The notes under the pieces are model-generated. The model did not search any database. It was not told the DNA's origin and was given only the letters and a program-made list of their open reading frames with translations. The position numbers were made by a program, and so were the translations under genes. Positions 1 through 12,117 of a stretch of DNA of 64,000 bases are shown one piece after another (position 1 is the stretch's first letter; every line of letters starts with the position of its first letter). Source of the DNA: Schizochytrium sp. TIO01 (taxonomy: Eukaryota > Protista > Bigyra: Labyrinthulomycetes); NCBI GenBank assembly GCA_004764695.1, contig SMSO01000014.1, positions 2,785,648 through 2,849,647 of the forward strand, in the 5' to 3' direction.

Positions 1-239
1 TGATTTACAGTGATAAGCTCCTTCTCTCCCTTATGTATAACATGCGTCTGATACTTAATCTAAATTCAAAATCTGAGGCATTTTGACGATCACCCACCCA
101 TGTTTAGATGACGTTATTGAGACAAACATGAATTTGCCATGCCAATTTACAAAAATTGATCCAGCTGTTTCTTTAAAAGCAAGTCACTCTCCTGCAAATT
201 TTGTCTTCTGAAGAACGATGCCCTCAAATTATCTCGATT

Positions 240-1330
240 ACCCACTGAGTGCAGCAAGTGATCTCCAAAAACGACATTTTCAGCTCGCATATGTGAGCTT
301 TACTTGTCTTATAACAAATATGTAATCTAACGAATGAGACAGAGGGTAAATGAAAGTTCTACCTATAACGACCTTATATTCACAATTATCGTATGAAGAA
401 CAAACAGCACCCCGATGCCTTTTGTTTCAGGCTGTGAATTGTTTTCAGGAACTAGGTACCTTCTACCTATTATTCCTACTAGTTTTGTCTTCAAATTTGG
501 CAAATTAATAAATAAGCAAGTATCTTGATTCACTTAAACCATGTTCATGAGACTGGAAACAGTAAGTAGCTCCATTTGATAGCATCGGAAATGATGCTAG
601 GATACTTTCCAAACCCGTGCACATGGGGTATATTTCAATTACATTCCAACTTTTACATTCTGGAGATAGAACTTCAAGGTTCTTTTTTGAGCACATTCAG
701 TAATATCTTGATCCCTCTAGATTTTTGTCAATGTCCGAGCCATGTCTCATCAACTATTTTTCACTGTCGTAGCATAGCAATGACGCTGACATCAGGACGG
801 CCCTCCCACAGCTCCTCGACGCTTAGGGTAGAAGAGTACACACCTTTGGGTAAGGAAGCCTTGATGATGCGTCTTCTAACCTATACTGTAGAACTATTGT
901 TAAGGACATCGATTAGTTTCTTTTAGTTGACTAGATGGTGGGTGTTATACTCATTGAGATTCGCGCCTTTGACCACGACACACGCGTAAGCACCTACTCT
1001 CGTTGATCTGTGACACGCAGTTCAATCTCAATATCTAGCTTAACTTACTGTTTAAAGCCAAAAAAAAGAACAACCGAAAAGATTTGTAATGAGGACCATA
1101 TGACTTGAAATGGAAGATAGTAACCCTGTCCATGTGTTTGTCATTCTCAATACAGTCCGCAGAAAATGATTGGGTGCTCGCTGAGTTTTTTTCTATATAG
1201 TACTCGTAGTATATTAACAGATCTATCGTCCTAGCGTTTCATTTTCGAAATGTATGTTTCTGCGAGTTTTAGAGCACGTTGTGAGAATCGATAGCAAGCA
1301 ATTTACAGAAAAAGATACATGCCATAATTT
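240..1330 (-). mobile_element. Decayed non-LTR (LINE-like) retrotransposon remnant: APE-endonuclease motifs, possible ORF1 Zn-knuckle
   Basis: Minus-strand translation gives, in the order expected for an APE endonuclease: VDETWL (754-737), SRGIKILL (~721-698), NVIEIYP, RTF..HSLDYIFV (~360-313) and FGDH (~269-258), with stops and frameshifts between them. A weak C-x3-C-x7-H motif (CIFFCKLLAIDSH, ~1320-1280) lies upstream. No GDFN motif was found. Confidence 0.5.
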
Positions 1331-4300
1331 TTGTATGGGAGTGGCTTTCGGTAATCTGATCATACTTCCTAGGAGTTGAAACCTAGAACCCTATGATTGC
1401 CGTAGTAATTCCTCTATGAGAGTCTCCCTGGGAGGTTTTGTTTGAGTGCCATCGCTTCTTCTACCTCTAAGGAGTGTACCCATATATACTTCATGCGCGC
1501 TCACCCCTTCTGGAGGTGAACTCCAATTTGGATATTGAAGTTCACGAAACTGGGAAATCTCTTGAAATCAAAGTATCGTGGATTTTGCAAGTTCGGAAGT
1601 TATTGGAATCTTAGGCAAAAAGTCTGAACGATATCGTGCTTCTCCTCTACGAGTCGAAACTTAATCTCAAGAACAAGAAAACTAGAGAAAAAGCTAGAAA
1701 CCTTCATTTTAGTGGCCCATTCATTGTCTTCATTGAGACCAGATACAACTTTTTGGTTTTGTTCATCTCTCGCAACTGACAGATGGTACAATGATGCAGG
1801 GATGGTGCTGCTCCGGTAGCGCGACTTGTCTTCAAGAATTAATAAACTAAGGCAAGACATGCTGTATAGTACTCCTCGCTGACCTTCCAGGAAACTGCTC
1901 CTCTGATTCACAGTACCCTCGCTTCATAGGACGTACCCACGCGCCACATTTTGCAAAGTCTCCGAGGCGCCATCTTGCCTGCTCTTGTAAGATGGAGCGT
2001 CGCCGCCGAGAAAGTTATTGTAAAGAGGTGCCTAAACCTACAATCTGGGCCTCAACTCCAAGAGTCTTGTAGAGCATAGTAGAATATTGAAGCTACGAGC
2101 GTCTGTCGTTTGTCACAATATGGCAAGCAGCATGCCAACTCAAAAGACCTCGCACACATTCCCCCTTGTGCTTACTTACACCAATACCCATGGTGAAGTC
2201 TAGGCATATTCAGAGAGAGAGAACTCACTCAAACGAGCAGGTATTCGAGCCCTAATTTGAGCTAGCTAGAGAGCCACAACTTGGCTAATTGCCCCTGTCT
2301 TTAGTTCCTACGCACTGAGCGGGTTGAACGTCGCCTTACCTTGTTCGGATTTATTTGAGGCTGGTGTCAAAGCTAATCTCATGCCGGGGGTTGAGGTTCC
2401 TAGCATAACTTTAAGTTGCATTGATGCAACTGTTTCAGGCCCTTCCAATAGCAGTAGTGCCTGGGCGCCTACTATTGAGCAGTGGCGTGGGCACGTTTTG
2501 AAGAACCCCTGCAGGGAAAGTGATTTTCAGACTAGCTAGAAAGCTTTTATTGAGCCTGGAATTCCTAGCCACAGGGATAAAACTTGGCTATGAGCCTTCG
2601 GACAAGTATCCACTCGGCAGTACATCGCTAGTAGCCATGCAAGAAGATGGTAGCACACAAGGAAGATCTCTTCCGAGCTTTATGAGTAGGTAGGTACCCT
2701 GGTAGCTAGAATTCGAGTAAACCTCAGGCTATGATCTCTTTTAATAGCCTATATCTGCATGAATTATAGCTCTTGTTTCCAGCATTTTGGAGGAGCCACT
2801 TATGACTTTAAAATACTAATTCTTATCTCAAACCAAAAGTCTCGGCATCAGGTTATCGACATGATGGAATTTATAGCTCTGAGTACTGACTGACAGAATA
2901 CGATATAATTGTGGCAGCCGCTTGGTAGAGAAGGACCTTTGAATGTCCGAGGTCTCCGCGCGTTTTCAGGCGCCAATTTTGGGTCACCTTCGACCCTCCT
3001 ATTCTAGAATATCCTTTCGTAAAGTGCTGCTCATAGGATACTTCTATAATTTTTACTAGAAGGCTTTCTTCTACAACCAGCCAGAAATGAAGACGCTGCA
3101 CTTGTCTTTTTCAGGTTCTCGCTCTTTTTCAAGTTTTGAGCAAACTTAATCAGGAACTCAAACTTCAAACAGGTGAACGTCTGCCCAATTAACCTTAATG
3201 ATCTTGCCGTGAATATTCTATGAGTAGGAAAGGTGCGGCGAGCACGAAACGACCGCTAATAAGGTTTGATCTAGTTTTCGGAAACGTTTCGATTTCTTTC
3301 CTCCTCAATTATTGATGGGACTTTCAGGCAAATACAGCGTTCTGCAGTTATAGCTGCGCCAATCATGCCGACGATGGTTATAATGTTGATCATTGATTGT
3401 ATCACCTCGATGCTTATGAGTATGAAACGAGGATCTTTCGTCAATAGTCAAAGACAGGACTGAACGGGAAACGGGAAGAAAGGTAAAAGAAATCGAGAAA
3501 GTTGAAGAAGAGTCTTTTGATCTCTAAACGTTCATTTAGTTAGCTTAAACCTATAGTTCTAATAGCAGAAGAAAAATACACAAAACCTCAAATGAAAATA
3601 CATCAGTGTAAAACATCAACATAAATAATAGGAGTCATCTTGAGTTGAAAAAGAATAATTGTTTATCTGGAAACTCAAACACAAAACGACGTCGCGAAAG
3701 CGGCTGCTGACAGACAGGAGCTCCAGGACTAACTCCGGTCCTCTCTCAAACTACCTGAGCCTTCGACGGCTCCCCCTTCATCGCTTCCCCTCTCGATCCT
3801 CTGCTGCTGTGGCCTGGTGAACAGGGATAGTGAGCAGGAACTCGGGAGTCCATCGGCATCGAGTTCAAGGTCGCTCAACCATTTAGTCCTGCAACTCAAT
3901 TTCCCCAAACTTGAAAGTTACGTGGAGACAGAAACCCAGAAACCCCCACGTGGGAGGAAAGTAACCGCAAGAAACCGAAGAAGCAGCCCATAAACCCCTC
4001 GTGCCTCTGAAGCAGAGCTCAAGCCTCGCCGCGGAAGGCACAAGCTCCCGAGGTACGCGGAAGAACGAGGAGAAATAAAATAAGACGTAGTGCGTTCTTT
4101 CCCCGTTCTTTTGTTGTTCTATCTTATACTGCCTGCACGCGCGCACTTTCAAGGATATAACGGAACACGAGTGCATTGCGGAGCTCCACTTTTCTCCACT
4201 TTTTCACTCAATTCCATCGTTGATTTTAGTTGATTCAACCTTTTATAGCTTCGCTCACTCTCTGGAAGGCCTCCACTCCGGCTGAGCGACGCACGAGAAG

Positions 4301-5757
4301 ACACCCTGGCTGCACAGACCAAACGATTGGCAACTTGCTATAGATATTTTGGCCTGCTCAAGGGCGTCCTTAGTTGGGGCCTGGCCATATAGCGTTTGCA
4401 TTTTCACGTGCCAAATCAAGAAGCTCATATATAAACAGACAGTTCCACAGAACAGGTTCCCGCGGAGCAGCTCTGGAGACGCACGGGGTGGACCAGCCTG
4501 GGCTAGCGAGCGTGCTCTTCTCCGCCTAATCCTTTCAAGCTACCTAGAGCAAACCTTGGCGTGGGCTTGGGCAGCGCCTAGCTGGCAGAATCTCCGCCTC
4601 CAACTCGCGCACACCCTGCTGCGAAGAAGGCAAAGAAGCCGCCTTTGGTCTAGGACTCTCTTAGCATATACATAGGACCTACGAAGGGCGCTCGCGTGAG
4701 CTTGCTTCTTTCTTTAAGTTGGTAAGCAAGCTAGCTCGCTCGGACTTCCTGTGTTGCACTGCAAGCAGTCAACCACTAGAGCTAATAAAAATCGCTGCGT
4801 TCATTTTGAGCTGTGCGAGGACTGATTCATCAGCATCATCCACACTCTTTGCATCCTCCACTTTTATTGTTACACCTGCTCTTAGTTTAACACTTGCTAC
4901 GGCCGCGTTAAGTGCATCTCTATTGACAAGCAGACACGCCAATAAACTCTTTGCTTGTCTTCTGTGAATCATATCACCATACTACGGCTGCAAGGCTGCA
5001 TCGTTGTTGCATTACGCACATAGGCTGCAGCAAAGCGATAGAAGCGCTCTCGAAGGACTCAGGGAGACGCGCGCTTGCTTAGAGTGCAGAGCGTAGGTTT
5101 CCGACATAGATAGTAGGCCTAATTCTCTGCGGCACGCGCTGTGCGCTCTGTCTTGGGAAGAAAAAACAAAAAAAAAAGGCGAATTGCTGGTAGTAGTGGA
5201 TCGAGCTGGCTGGTGTGGCAGCATTCTGCGTGGGTTGATTTCGTTGTCGCTTCGAACGCTGGCTGTGGACCTAAGGATTGGTTTTGCTCGCTCAGCCATC
5301 ATTATTACTCTTGGTGATCTTCTGTTTTCAACAAATTTTGGGTAGTGGCAATCTACTAAAGCTTCGGTTTCAAGTTGCCTTGATCATCTTCTTCCGGACA
5401 GGCGAGCAGTTGCCGGCGAGAATTTGCTACGCTTCCGTGGTGGTGCGGGGGATAATCAGGAAAGCTCTACTCGCTGCTCAGTTTTTTTGTTCCTGGTGGA
5501 GGGGGGAGGGCCAAGGATTTCGGAAGCCGAGAGTAGTGAAGTCTCTCTTGGCAGTACTTGTTTACGCGGCTACGAGCGTTTCGGGTGCCGCTCCAGCTCC
5601 TCCTCAGCTATAACTATAACTAGACGAGGGCAATCCAAATAGGGGAGGCGGTTGGCAAGCTCTACTATTGCAGATCTAGTTTGAGTGATCCTGGGCTCGC
5701 TAGCAGTTTATAAACAAAATTAGCACAGAGCTCTCGGGCTCGGTCGTGTAGACCAAC

Positions 5758-8649
5758 ATGATGTTTGCCTCGAGGTACGGGGCACGCATGCTCACAGAGG
5801 ACCGCGGTAGCGATCATGATAACGAAGTTGCTCTCCGCAGGCGGCGGCGGAGGCGGGTACATTTTCCAGAGGATGACAACATGGCTTCTATCTTCGGAGA
5901 CCCAGACGCTACTCTTGAGGATTTTCATATGGAGAAGCAGGCTGCCAAGGCACTTGAAGGTGCCGGAAATATATCGTCGGGAAGTGACAGCAAAGTAGCT
6001 CGAATTATGGCTGCTGCTGCTGCAATGGCTGCCGGGGCATCAAATAGCGATCAAGATGGTACTTCGGGAGATGAACCTAAACGTTTTATTATAGAAGGGA
6101 TCAAGCCCGCATTTAAGCTGAAAGGCCGTCGCTCCCTTTCTTCGCGTCGACGAATCGACCAAAGATCTCCTGCGGAGGATGCAGAATATGTGAAAGCACA
6201 GTTTGTACTTGCTCGCAAAACAAATAACCCACAACTTTTAGCGCAAGTCGCCGAGAAATTCAACATGGATTCTGGAGCAGGGCTTATACGCAAGAGAATT
6301 ACACAACAAATGGTTGACGAAAGTCTTTTATACAGCATGCTGAGCGGCAATGAGGAGATGGTTTTTCTTCTTATCGAAGGCGTTGGTGCAACCGTCAAAG
6401 GTGCAGACGCAGTCTTCAACGAGAATAAAGGAGAGCTGTCCTCGTGCGAATGCGGACGGCACCCAGGTTTTCTCTTAGTCACGCTCGCCCGGCAAGGTTC
6501 GCATCGAATGGTAGAGTTGGCCCTGCAGGGTGGTATTGACCCAAACCTCAGTGTTTGTGATGGTGAAGCGCAATGTATGCGTTGGGCAATTGCAATGTCG
6601 ATTCAGGGCGTACAATTGATCAAAACGCCAGTGCTCCGTTCAACTTTTGCCAAAAGTACTGCGTTAACAGCCGCCGTTAGAAATAATGATCTTGCAATGG
6701 TTCACTTGCTTTTAGAACATGGCGCAAGGCCCTCTATTCACAACTATGCCGCTATCTCTGAAGCCGCAGTTGTACAAGATCCTATGCATCAGTGCTTGAG
6801 CTTTTTATTGCGGCAATTTCCTGAAGATTCAGCAGAGTTCCGTGATGCCTGTGCTGTGGCATTGAAAGCTGCTGCATCAAGAGGTAATCCAGAATCTGTT
6901 CAGTGGATTATTGAGCAACTGGAGCTGCGCCAGGACTGGGGCGCTCTAGGTGATGATGCGACAAAGCGTGTTCGTCGTCGGCGTACGCTTCTTGCATCAG
7001 CTGGAGCTGGTACTTCGCAAGGCTGGACAATGAAAACAGCTAAAGCTGCCGCGCAAGCGCTGCAAGAGATGCACGAAGATGATCAAATCATTCGACAAAA
7101 GTCAAGCTCGTCTGTCTCATCATCTTCATCGTCTGCGTCACGGAACCACTTGAACAAACATGGTCTTGTTGGAGACTCTGGCTTTGATAATGAGAACTCC
7201 TGTTTGAATGCTTCCAGTATGCGCGAGTACGGAGCACGACGACGCTCACTTTCTACGGCGTCGCATGGACAGTTGCAACAGGAGATTCATACTGGCAGTC
7301 GCAAGGGTCTCCACCGACGTCAGCCAAGCCAAGCAAAAGTCCAATTCGCTGCTTCTGAAGACCTTGTGACAAGTACAGTAGCCCATGCTATTGACGTTCT
7401 TGTCGATGAAGCAACTCAACCAGGCTATGTGCACCGTGATGCATTCGTGCGCGGCCTTGAGGGTCTTGCACATATCGAGCAAGATAGGTGTGGAACCACA
7501 ATCACTACTTCTCGCCGCGTGGAAGATCTCTATAAGATTTTCCTGAACACTCTTGAGGATACAAATCCTATCAATGCACGAGATAGTGTTCTGACTCTGC
7601 TCAACGTTGGTGTTGAGAGCTTTTTAAACCTTGATGGCCCTGCTCCTGGTGCACCAACTACCAAGTGGCGTAATCGAAAAGGTCAGTCGGTACGTTCAAT
7701 GGATAGCCTTTCAGAAACTTCTGACGATATCAACGGCGATTCTTCTGGGACAAGTTCGTCTTCGAAGTCGGGCCTTAGTCGACTAGCTGCTGGCGCTTGG
7801 GGGCGCGTGCGTCTTGGGCTAAAGAAAATCAAGGTACCCACAACATCTTCTTCATCCTCATCATCATCTAAAAACAAAGAACGTGCCCCACGTCGAGCCT
7901 CTGGGGACGAACAAGCAAAAGCATTAATCACTGCGACCAAGGGTGGTCATACATGGATTGTGCAGCATTTGCTATCGGGTGCCCGTCCTGATCTTCGTGT
8001 GCTTGTTCCAAACCTCATTACAGTGGCTGCCAAAGAGAATCACTTTGACACCTTCAAAATGTTGCTTGAATTTATGCCGGATGATATGGATGAGGGTGCG
8101 CTTCAGGAGTCTCTTGATGATGCTCTGGTCGTTGCTTTAGAATCTGAGGCTATGGAGACCGCCCACTTAATCATGAATTCAGGGGCGACACAGGATAAGG
8201 AGACTTTTGTGCAAGCTATGTCGTATGCTTGCTCAGAACCATCATATATGGAGGAGTCTGCCGATGCTCTTGTCGATATCATGCATCATGCTGATATGAG
8301 CTTTACTCTCGATGATGTCAAGGATATCATCATGCGAACTGTGTCTTGCGATGAACCCAATTTGTACAGTCTTGCTACTGTACTCGACCTTGACGAGTCG
8401 TTTCGCACTGCTGCGAGTCCGGAGCATTTACTCAAACTCATTGATTCTTCTGCTCGCAACTCAGCAATCCCCGAGTGGGCAGATCTTACCATGATGTTAC
8501 TCAAATGCATTGAGGACCACCCGGATCATGAAGATATTGCTGCAGAGGTTTACGAGAAAGCCACTTCGGTCCCCAATGTCCATCCGGGCGTATTAGGCGT
8601 TCTGATGCGCCATACCGATATTCCTGAGCATGAAGACCAATGGGTATAA
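5758..8649 (+). CDS. Ankyrin-repeat protein with RVxF-type motifs (possible PP1 regulatory subunit)
   Basis: 963-aa ORF with ankyrin repeats (TALTAAVRNNDLAMVHLLLEHGA; ALKAAASRGNPESVQWI; ALITATKGGHTWIVQHLLSGA; LITVAAKENHFDTFKMLL), RRVHF and AKVQF motifs, and Ser-rich linkers. Confidence 0.8.
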   Translation: MMFASRYGARMLTEDRGSDHDNEVALRRRRRRRVHFPEDDNMASIFGDPDATLEDFHMEKQAAKALEGAGNISSGSDSKVARIMAAAAAMAAGASNSDQDGTSGDEPKRFIIEGIKPAFKLKGRRSLSSRRRIDQRSPAEDAEYVKAQFVLARKTNNPQLLAQVAEKFNMDSGAGLIRKRITQQMVDESLLYSMLSGNEEMVFLLIEGVGATVKGADAVFNENKGELSSCECGRHPGFLLVTLARQGSHRMVELALQGGIDPNLSVCDGEAQCMRWAIAMSIQGVQLIKTPVLRSTFAKSTALTAAVRNNDLAMVHLLLEHGARPSIHNYAAISEAAVVQDPMHQCLSFLLRQFPEDSAEFRDACAVALKAAASRGNPESVQWIIEQLELRQDWGALGDDATKRVRRRRTLLASAGAGTSQGWTMKTAKAAAQALQEMHEDDQIIRQKSSSSVSSSSSSASRNHLNKHGLVGDSGFDNENSCLNASSMREYGARRRSLSTASHGQLQQEIHTGSRKGLHRRQPSQAKVQFAASEDLVTSTVAHAIDVLVDEATQPGYVHRDAFVRGLEGLAHIEQDRCGTTITTSRRVEDLYKIFLNTLEDTNPINARDSVLTLLNVGVESFLNLDGPAPGAPTTKWRNRKGQSVRSMDSLSETSDDINGDSSGTSSSSKSGLSRLAAGAWGRVRLGLKKIKVPTTSSSSSSSSKNKERAPRRASGDEQAKALITATKGGHTWIVQHLLSGARPDLRVLVPNLITVAAKENHFDTFKMLLEFMPDDMDEGALQESLDDALVVALESEAMETAHLIMNSGATQDKETFVQAMSYACSEPSYMEESADALVDIMHHADMSFTLDDVKDIIMRTVSCDEPNLYSLATVLDLDESFRTAASPEHLLKLIDSSARNSAIPEWADLTMMLLKCIEDHPDHEDIAAEVYEKATSVPNVHPGVLGVLMRHTDIPEHEDQWV

Positions 8650-10576
8650 GAATGTTTTCCATGCGCTCTTCCAACGTCAATCATCGACTACGCTCAAACA
8701 ATTCATAACCTTTCTCCTAGGGGTCTAAACCATCCCTCGAAAAAAAATGCATGCATACTTTCGTGCATAAATTCATACACACCAAAGATGTAATATTGTG
8801 TTCTGATTTTTTAAAATCGTAGAGACCATCTGTGTGTCTACTGCTGATCTATTCTCTTACCTTTTCATTATAAAGTTTTTGTTTTTGTTCCACTTACCTC
8901 TGGTTTTTCTCAACTTCAATCAGCGTGATTTACGTTTGTGTGTGTGTGCATATCATATACTGTGAAGGAATGACCACCGGAAAAGCCTATGACAAAAACA
9001 TAGGTGTTCGCGATTATTCTTCTACCCCACCAGCACGCGTCTATATCAACGCGCAACCCACGGTACCTCTATCCTAGAAAAAGTCTTGCGGCATCGACAC
9101 ATGCATTTTCGACTCCCCAGAGAAACAAAGAACACCACTCGGCCCGAGCGATCCCTCCACGGTCCACTCCGGCCAAGGAAGGGTCCATCCGTATCGTTGA
9201 GAAAGTCAAACTCCACAATTTTCATGCGTGCGCGATGTATAGCCCTCCCATGGATGTCCGTTCTCCCCATGGGCCCAAAGAGTACATTCCTTTAAAGTAG
9301 CTGCATGTTTCTGGACTCGAGATTAAGCTGCCCTCAGCATCGGAATCGAAGCAGAAGCTCTACTTCAACTGATATGACAACATAAAAATACACTATCTGT
9401 CTATTTGATTGAGAATTACAGAAGAAGACTCGGGCCAGGACAGTTAAGGCGGTCCGCGGTAAAGGCCTTTGAAAGCTTTTTGCGCTTTGATCCCTTCGTC
9501 GTTTCCCAGACTAGATACCTCGAATGCAGTAGGTAGGTAGGTGGTACGCGCGCGTACTACAATAGTATCTCGCACGATAAGCACGTATTTGTGGGTAAAA
9601 AATCTATGCCTCAAGTATATGAGCAGGAGGACCACCGTCCGTGAAAGTACGCGAGTGAACATTGGAAACAGTCGAAGGCTCGCGAGGACGTCGTCTTTTG
9701 CTGTCGCAAGAGCCGGAGATCACCCGACATCTGAAGACTGCTCCGGGTTGATCTTCTTCAGATTCCGGGTTGATCAGATGATCTTGAAACATACGGTCAC
9801 CGTGCCAGGAGAACTTGAGATCTGGAACTGGCAACGACGATGGGAAAGTGTGACTTTTTTAAGTTTTCGCCGGGAGTTTCAAGTGACGATAGACGCTTAT
9901 CACGAACAGGTACGCAAAAGAAGGGACGTAAACTACGATAGAACCAAAGTTATGCTAATGAATAAATAATTAAATAAATAAATAATGCGGGAGCTGTCTG
10001 TCCGCGTCCGTTTGGCATGCGTTTATTACTTTGCGTTGTTCTCCAACACCAAAAACAGGGAAACTCTGCGTCTTTTCTCTCTTTTTTCTTCTTCTTTTTT
10101 TCGCTTTCTAAAATGGAATAAAAGACTAAACATGTGACTTCGTAGATCTTCGTCTTTCAACCTCACTGGTTGGGCAGAAAATCTAGGTAGAGCGAGACCA
10201 GGCATTTCAAGTATTTGCAATAGTGAAAGGCTTCGGAAAATTCTACAGCATATGGCGGGTTCGTGTTGCTTTGCTGTACAAGGACTAAGAGTAAACACGG
10301 GAAGATCGCACCTAATTTCAAGTGGAGGTAAGAGAGTGGCAGAAACTTTGAGAGCCCATGTTGGATCGTATGTTCAAACTAGTGAATAAAACTAATAGCA
10401 CTTAGTCGTAGGAGACACAGAATGCTAAAGGGCCCTGGCCAAACTAGGAGAAAACGTTCTAGTCAAGATGTGATGGCTAGAACTCAAGAACTCAGCATAT
10501 CTGCTTATAGGATGCATTGCGATACCGATTCTGGCCATTCAGGGATTCGGATAAAACAATTATAGTTACATACATA

Positions 10577-10580
<4 letters not shown>

Positions 10581-10619
<39 letters not shown>
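10581..10619. repeat. (AT)n microsatellite
   Basis: About 19 perfect AT units. Confidence 0.95.
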
Positions 10620-10622
<3 letters not shown>

Positions 10623-10743
10623 TGGTCGAGTCGGAATTTGATGATTGCCTGAGGTGGTACTATCAGCAAACCTTAAACTCATCAACTCAAACAAATACAT
10701 ACAGATAGTGCATCACTTCGCAGTTCAGATCCTTTAAACAACA

Positions 10744-12117
10744 ATGCGTCTGCACCAAGAAGCACGCATTCTTGCCTTTATGGTGATCCTGGCGGGGTTT
10801 CTCGCCGCCCAAAGCTATGCTGATGCTGCATCCGCTGAGAGCTCCTCCTTCAAGTTCAATGTAACCGATTCACGAGCACTCATATCTACTGAGCTGAAGG
10901 AACGCATCGCTGAGCTGTTCGAGTACTACAGCAGGTCTTGTGAACTAATGAATACCATCAGTAAACAGCGTTTATGCAAAAAAAAGGCTATGGCTCTCGC
11001 CAAGAAAGATGCAAAAGATATGACAGTTAATGATGAAGCACAGAAAGACGAGTACGGGTTTTATATGGCTCCAATTGATGAGACTACAGGATCTGCTGAA
11101 TTTATGAACCCGAAGCAATTCTGCCGCAAGATTTACGATTGGGTGTCGGGGTCAAGCACGGGCACATTGTCCACATGTGTTAACGAACTTAATATTCCTG
11201 GACACTTGATGCCGCAGACAACGTCTAGTGACTTGACTTCCTCAAATGTGACAGAGGCCATGTGCAATTCTTTAGGTGAAAGCACTTGCTACGGGACTTC
11301 GGGCTGTGCTTTCCAAAATAATATATGTTTTTCGGCCGTCACAAATGAGCATTGCGATAACTACTCTACCGAGAAAAAGTGTAATGCAGATAAAGCGGAT
11401 GCATGCTATTGGGGTACGCCTAACAACGGGACTGAGCCGCAGTGCATGCTTCGGCTCCAGTACTGTGGGCAATACACAGATGCCGAACAATGTGTTGATG
11501 TTGATGGTTGTATGTGGTACAATGATTTGCAAAATGGCCAAAGTGGTGGTCCTTCCGATAGTTCGCATCGGGGCCGCTGCATGGCTGACATGTGCGCACG
11601 TATCAATAATGGCCGTTGCACTATCCAACATACAGGAGGCCGGTGTGTGTGGTATACGAAGGAGCAAAATCTTGCTTACAGAGGCAAAGACTTCCCGGGT
11701 TGCTACTTATCTCCATGCAATAACCGTTTCACGAAGGATAGTTGTAGCTCTGCATCTGAGACTGACCCATACTATGATTGCGTATGGTGTAAGAACTATC
11801 CGGACACAATTTTAGGATGTCAAAACGCCAAAACAGGTTCATTGGCACAATGTTGGAACGTTCAAGACTCCAACCCCGAAGCATATCCTATCCAGGGTTC
11901 TGGGTGTACGCGTTGCATGGGAGAGTTGACTGCTGATGGCATCTGCAAAGGAACTCAGCGAAACCCAAATGCCTGTTTTGAGAAGTGTTGTGCAAGCTCT
12001 GCTTGCACCTGTTTTAGCGGTGATTTGACATCATTTACTGATGGCACAACCACTTCTGGTTTAAACGTCTTCTCCACTCCTTCTCCAACAAGCTCGCCGT
12101 TTGACACTCAGTCTTAA
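10744..12117 (+). CDS. Secreted cysteine-rich repeat protein
   Basis: N-terminal signal peptide (RILAFMVILAGFLAAQSYA), about 5 repeats of C-x7/8-C-x5-11-C-x-[WF], and a C-terminal TPSPTSSP tail. Confidence 0.8.
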   Translation: MRLHQEARILAFMVILAGFLAAQSYADAASAESSSFKFNVTDSRALISTELKERIAELFEYYSRSCELMNTISKQRLCKKKAMALAKKDAKDMTVNDEAQKDEYGFYMAPIDETTGSAEFMNPKQFCRKIYDWVSGSSTGTLSTCVNELNIPGHLMPQTTSSDLTSSNVTEAMCNSLGESTCYGTSGCAFQNNICFSAVTNEHCDNYSTEKKCNADKADACYWGTPNNGTEPQCMLRLQYCGQYTDAEQCVDVDGCMWYNDLQNGQSGGPSDSSHRGRCMADMCARINNGRCTIQHTGGRCVWYTKEQNLAYRGKDFPGCYLSPCNNRFTKDSCSSASETDPYYDCVWCKNYPDTILGCQNAKTGSLAQCWNVQDSNPEAYPIQGSGCTRCMGELTADGICKGTQRNPNACFEKCCASSACTCFSGDLTSFTDGTTTSGLNVFSTPSPTSSPFDTQS

